Assembly: GCA_036656055.1 (NCBI GenBank)
Contig: JAVVOY010000006.1
Coordinates: 890 to 64,889, forward strand
Reading direction: 5' to 3'
Source of the DNA: Bacteroidales bacterium
GTDB taxonomy: Bacteria; Bacteroidota; Bacteroidia; Bacteroidales; G3-4614
Length of the DNA stretch: 64,000 nt
Every line of letters begins with the position of its first letter. The first letter of the stretch is position 1. The notes beneath the pieces are model-generated. The model saw only the letters and a program-made list of their open reading frames with translations. It was not told the DNA's origin and made no database searches. The translations under genes were made by a program, and so were the position numbers. This document shows positions 63,548-64,000 of this stretch, piece by piece.

Positions 63548-63773
63548 CGACGTTTTTTCTCGGCAAGAGAATAGGAAATGAACCGGTTTAGGTTGTGTCA
63601 TTAATGTGTTTTTTTTTGACACATAAGTCTGTTCATAACCGGCAATATTAGTGAGTTTATATTTGTCGTACTTAATCGTGAAATTATAGTGTGGTGTAGT
63701 AAATATAAGCGTTGCTAATCTGACGTTAATTATTTTATATTATTTAAAGTCACAAATATAAACAATAAAAAAG

Positions 63774-64000
63774 ATGGCATTAAAAATTGTCGTACTTGCC
63801 AAACAAGTACCCGATACAAGAAATGTGGGAAAAGATGCGATGAAGGAGGATGGTACTGTAAATCGTGCCGCTCTTCCAGCTATCTTCAATCCCGAGGATT
63901 TAAATGCTTTGGAACAAGCTCTGCAATTGAAAGAGCAAAATCCGGGTACAACAATCACTTTGTTGACCATGGGTCCTCCAAGAGCCGCAGATATAATCAG
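63774..64000 (+). CDS. etfB: Electron transfer flavoprotein beta subunit, partial (runs off the right window edge)
   Basis: Own translation: MALKIVVLAKQVPDTRNVGKDAMKEDGTVNRAALPAIFNPEDLNALEQALQLKEQNPGTTITLLTMGPPRAADII..., the canonical EtfB N-terminus. It is absent from the ORF track because it has no stop in the window. Confidence 0.88.
   Translation, partial: MALKIVVLAKQVPDTRNVGKDAMKEDGTVNRAALPAIFNPEDLNALEQALQLKEQNPGTTITLLTMGPPRAADII

Noticed and set aside
1-64000. Search by eye for CRISPR arrays, IS elements/transposases, integrases, prophage genes, toxin-antitoxin pairs and known defence-system signatures
   Set aside because: I found no regularly spaced direct repeats, no DDE/tyrosine-recombinase-like ORFs, and no terminal inverted repeats flanking the AT-rich region. 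The tRNA genes show no adjacent integrase or duplicated 3' tRNA ends.

Overview
AT-rich chromosomal segment with the hallmarks of a Bacteroidales (Bacteroidota) genome. Evidence: recurrent TAnnTTTG -7 promoter boxes, no Shine-Dalgarno sequences, an nqrABCDEF operon, meso-DAP dehydrogenase, and type IX secretion (T9SS) C-terminal sorting domains. Most of the window is housekeeping core genome: tpiA, folE, folB, dnaB, kdsB, mgsA, ung, glgB, a PMCA-type Ca-ATPase, nqrA-F, dsbD-like, ruvC, metH, ddh, lgt, plsC, ispE and etfB (partial). There are six tRNAs: Gly-GCC, Leu-CAG, Leu-GAG, Arg-CCG, Ala-GGC and Gln-CTG. The left end (1-8817) looks accessory. It holds four glycosyltransferases around a divergent promoter region, then a very AT-rich 1.5 kb stretch with an isolated GNAT gene, then a 1086-aa T9SS-sorted surface protein of unknown function. 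A second T9SS cargo (GH85-like endo-beta-N-acetylglucosaminidase with LamG and PKD-like modules) and a DUF5103/T9SS-plug-like gene are also present. I found no CRISPR array, transposase, integrase, prophage or recognisable defence system, and I cannot point to a convincing multi-gene novel system. The observations most worth follow-up are small-scale. (1) An unannotated 43-codon TM/polybasic micro-ORF lies just downstream of the Ca-ATPase, with its start codon enclosed by an 18-bp helix. (2) DnaB has a C-terminal extension ending in an SSB-tip-like DNIPF. (3) A small acidic secreted protein carries a PEP-CTERM-like tail. (4) A triple-HxH membrane protein is paired with a TonB-dependent receptor that has a CxxC plug. 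(5) Two RNA-methyltransferase genes have an ATG exactly 7 nt after a -7 box, implying leaderless mRNAs. All functional calls rest on motif recognition by eye; no database search was run.
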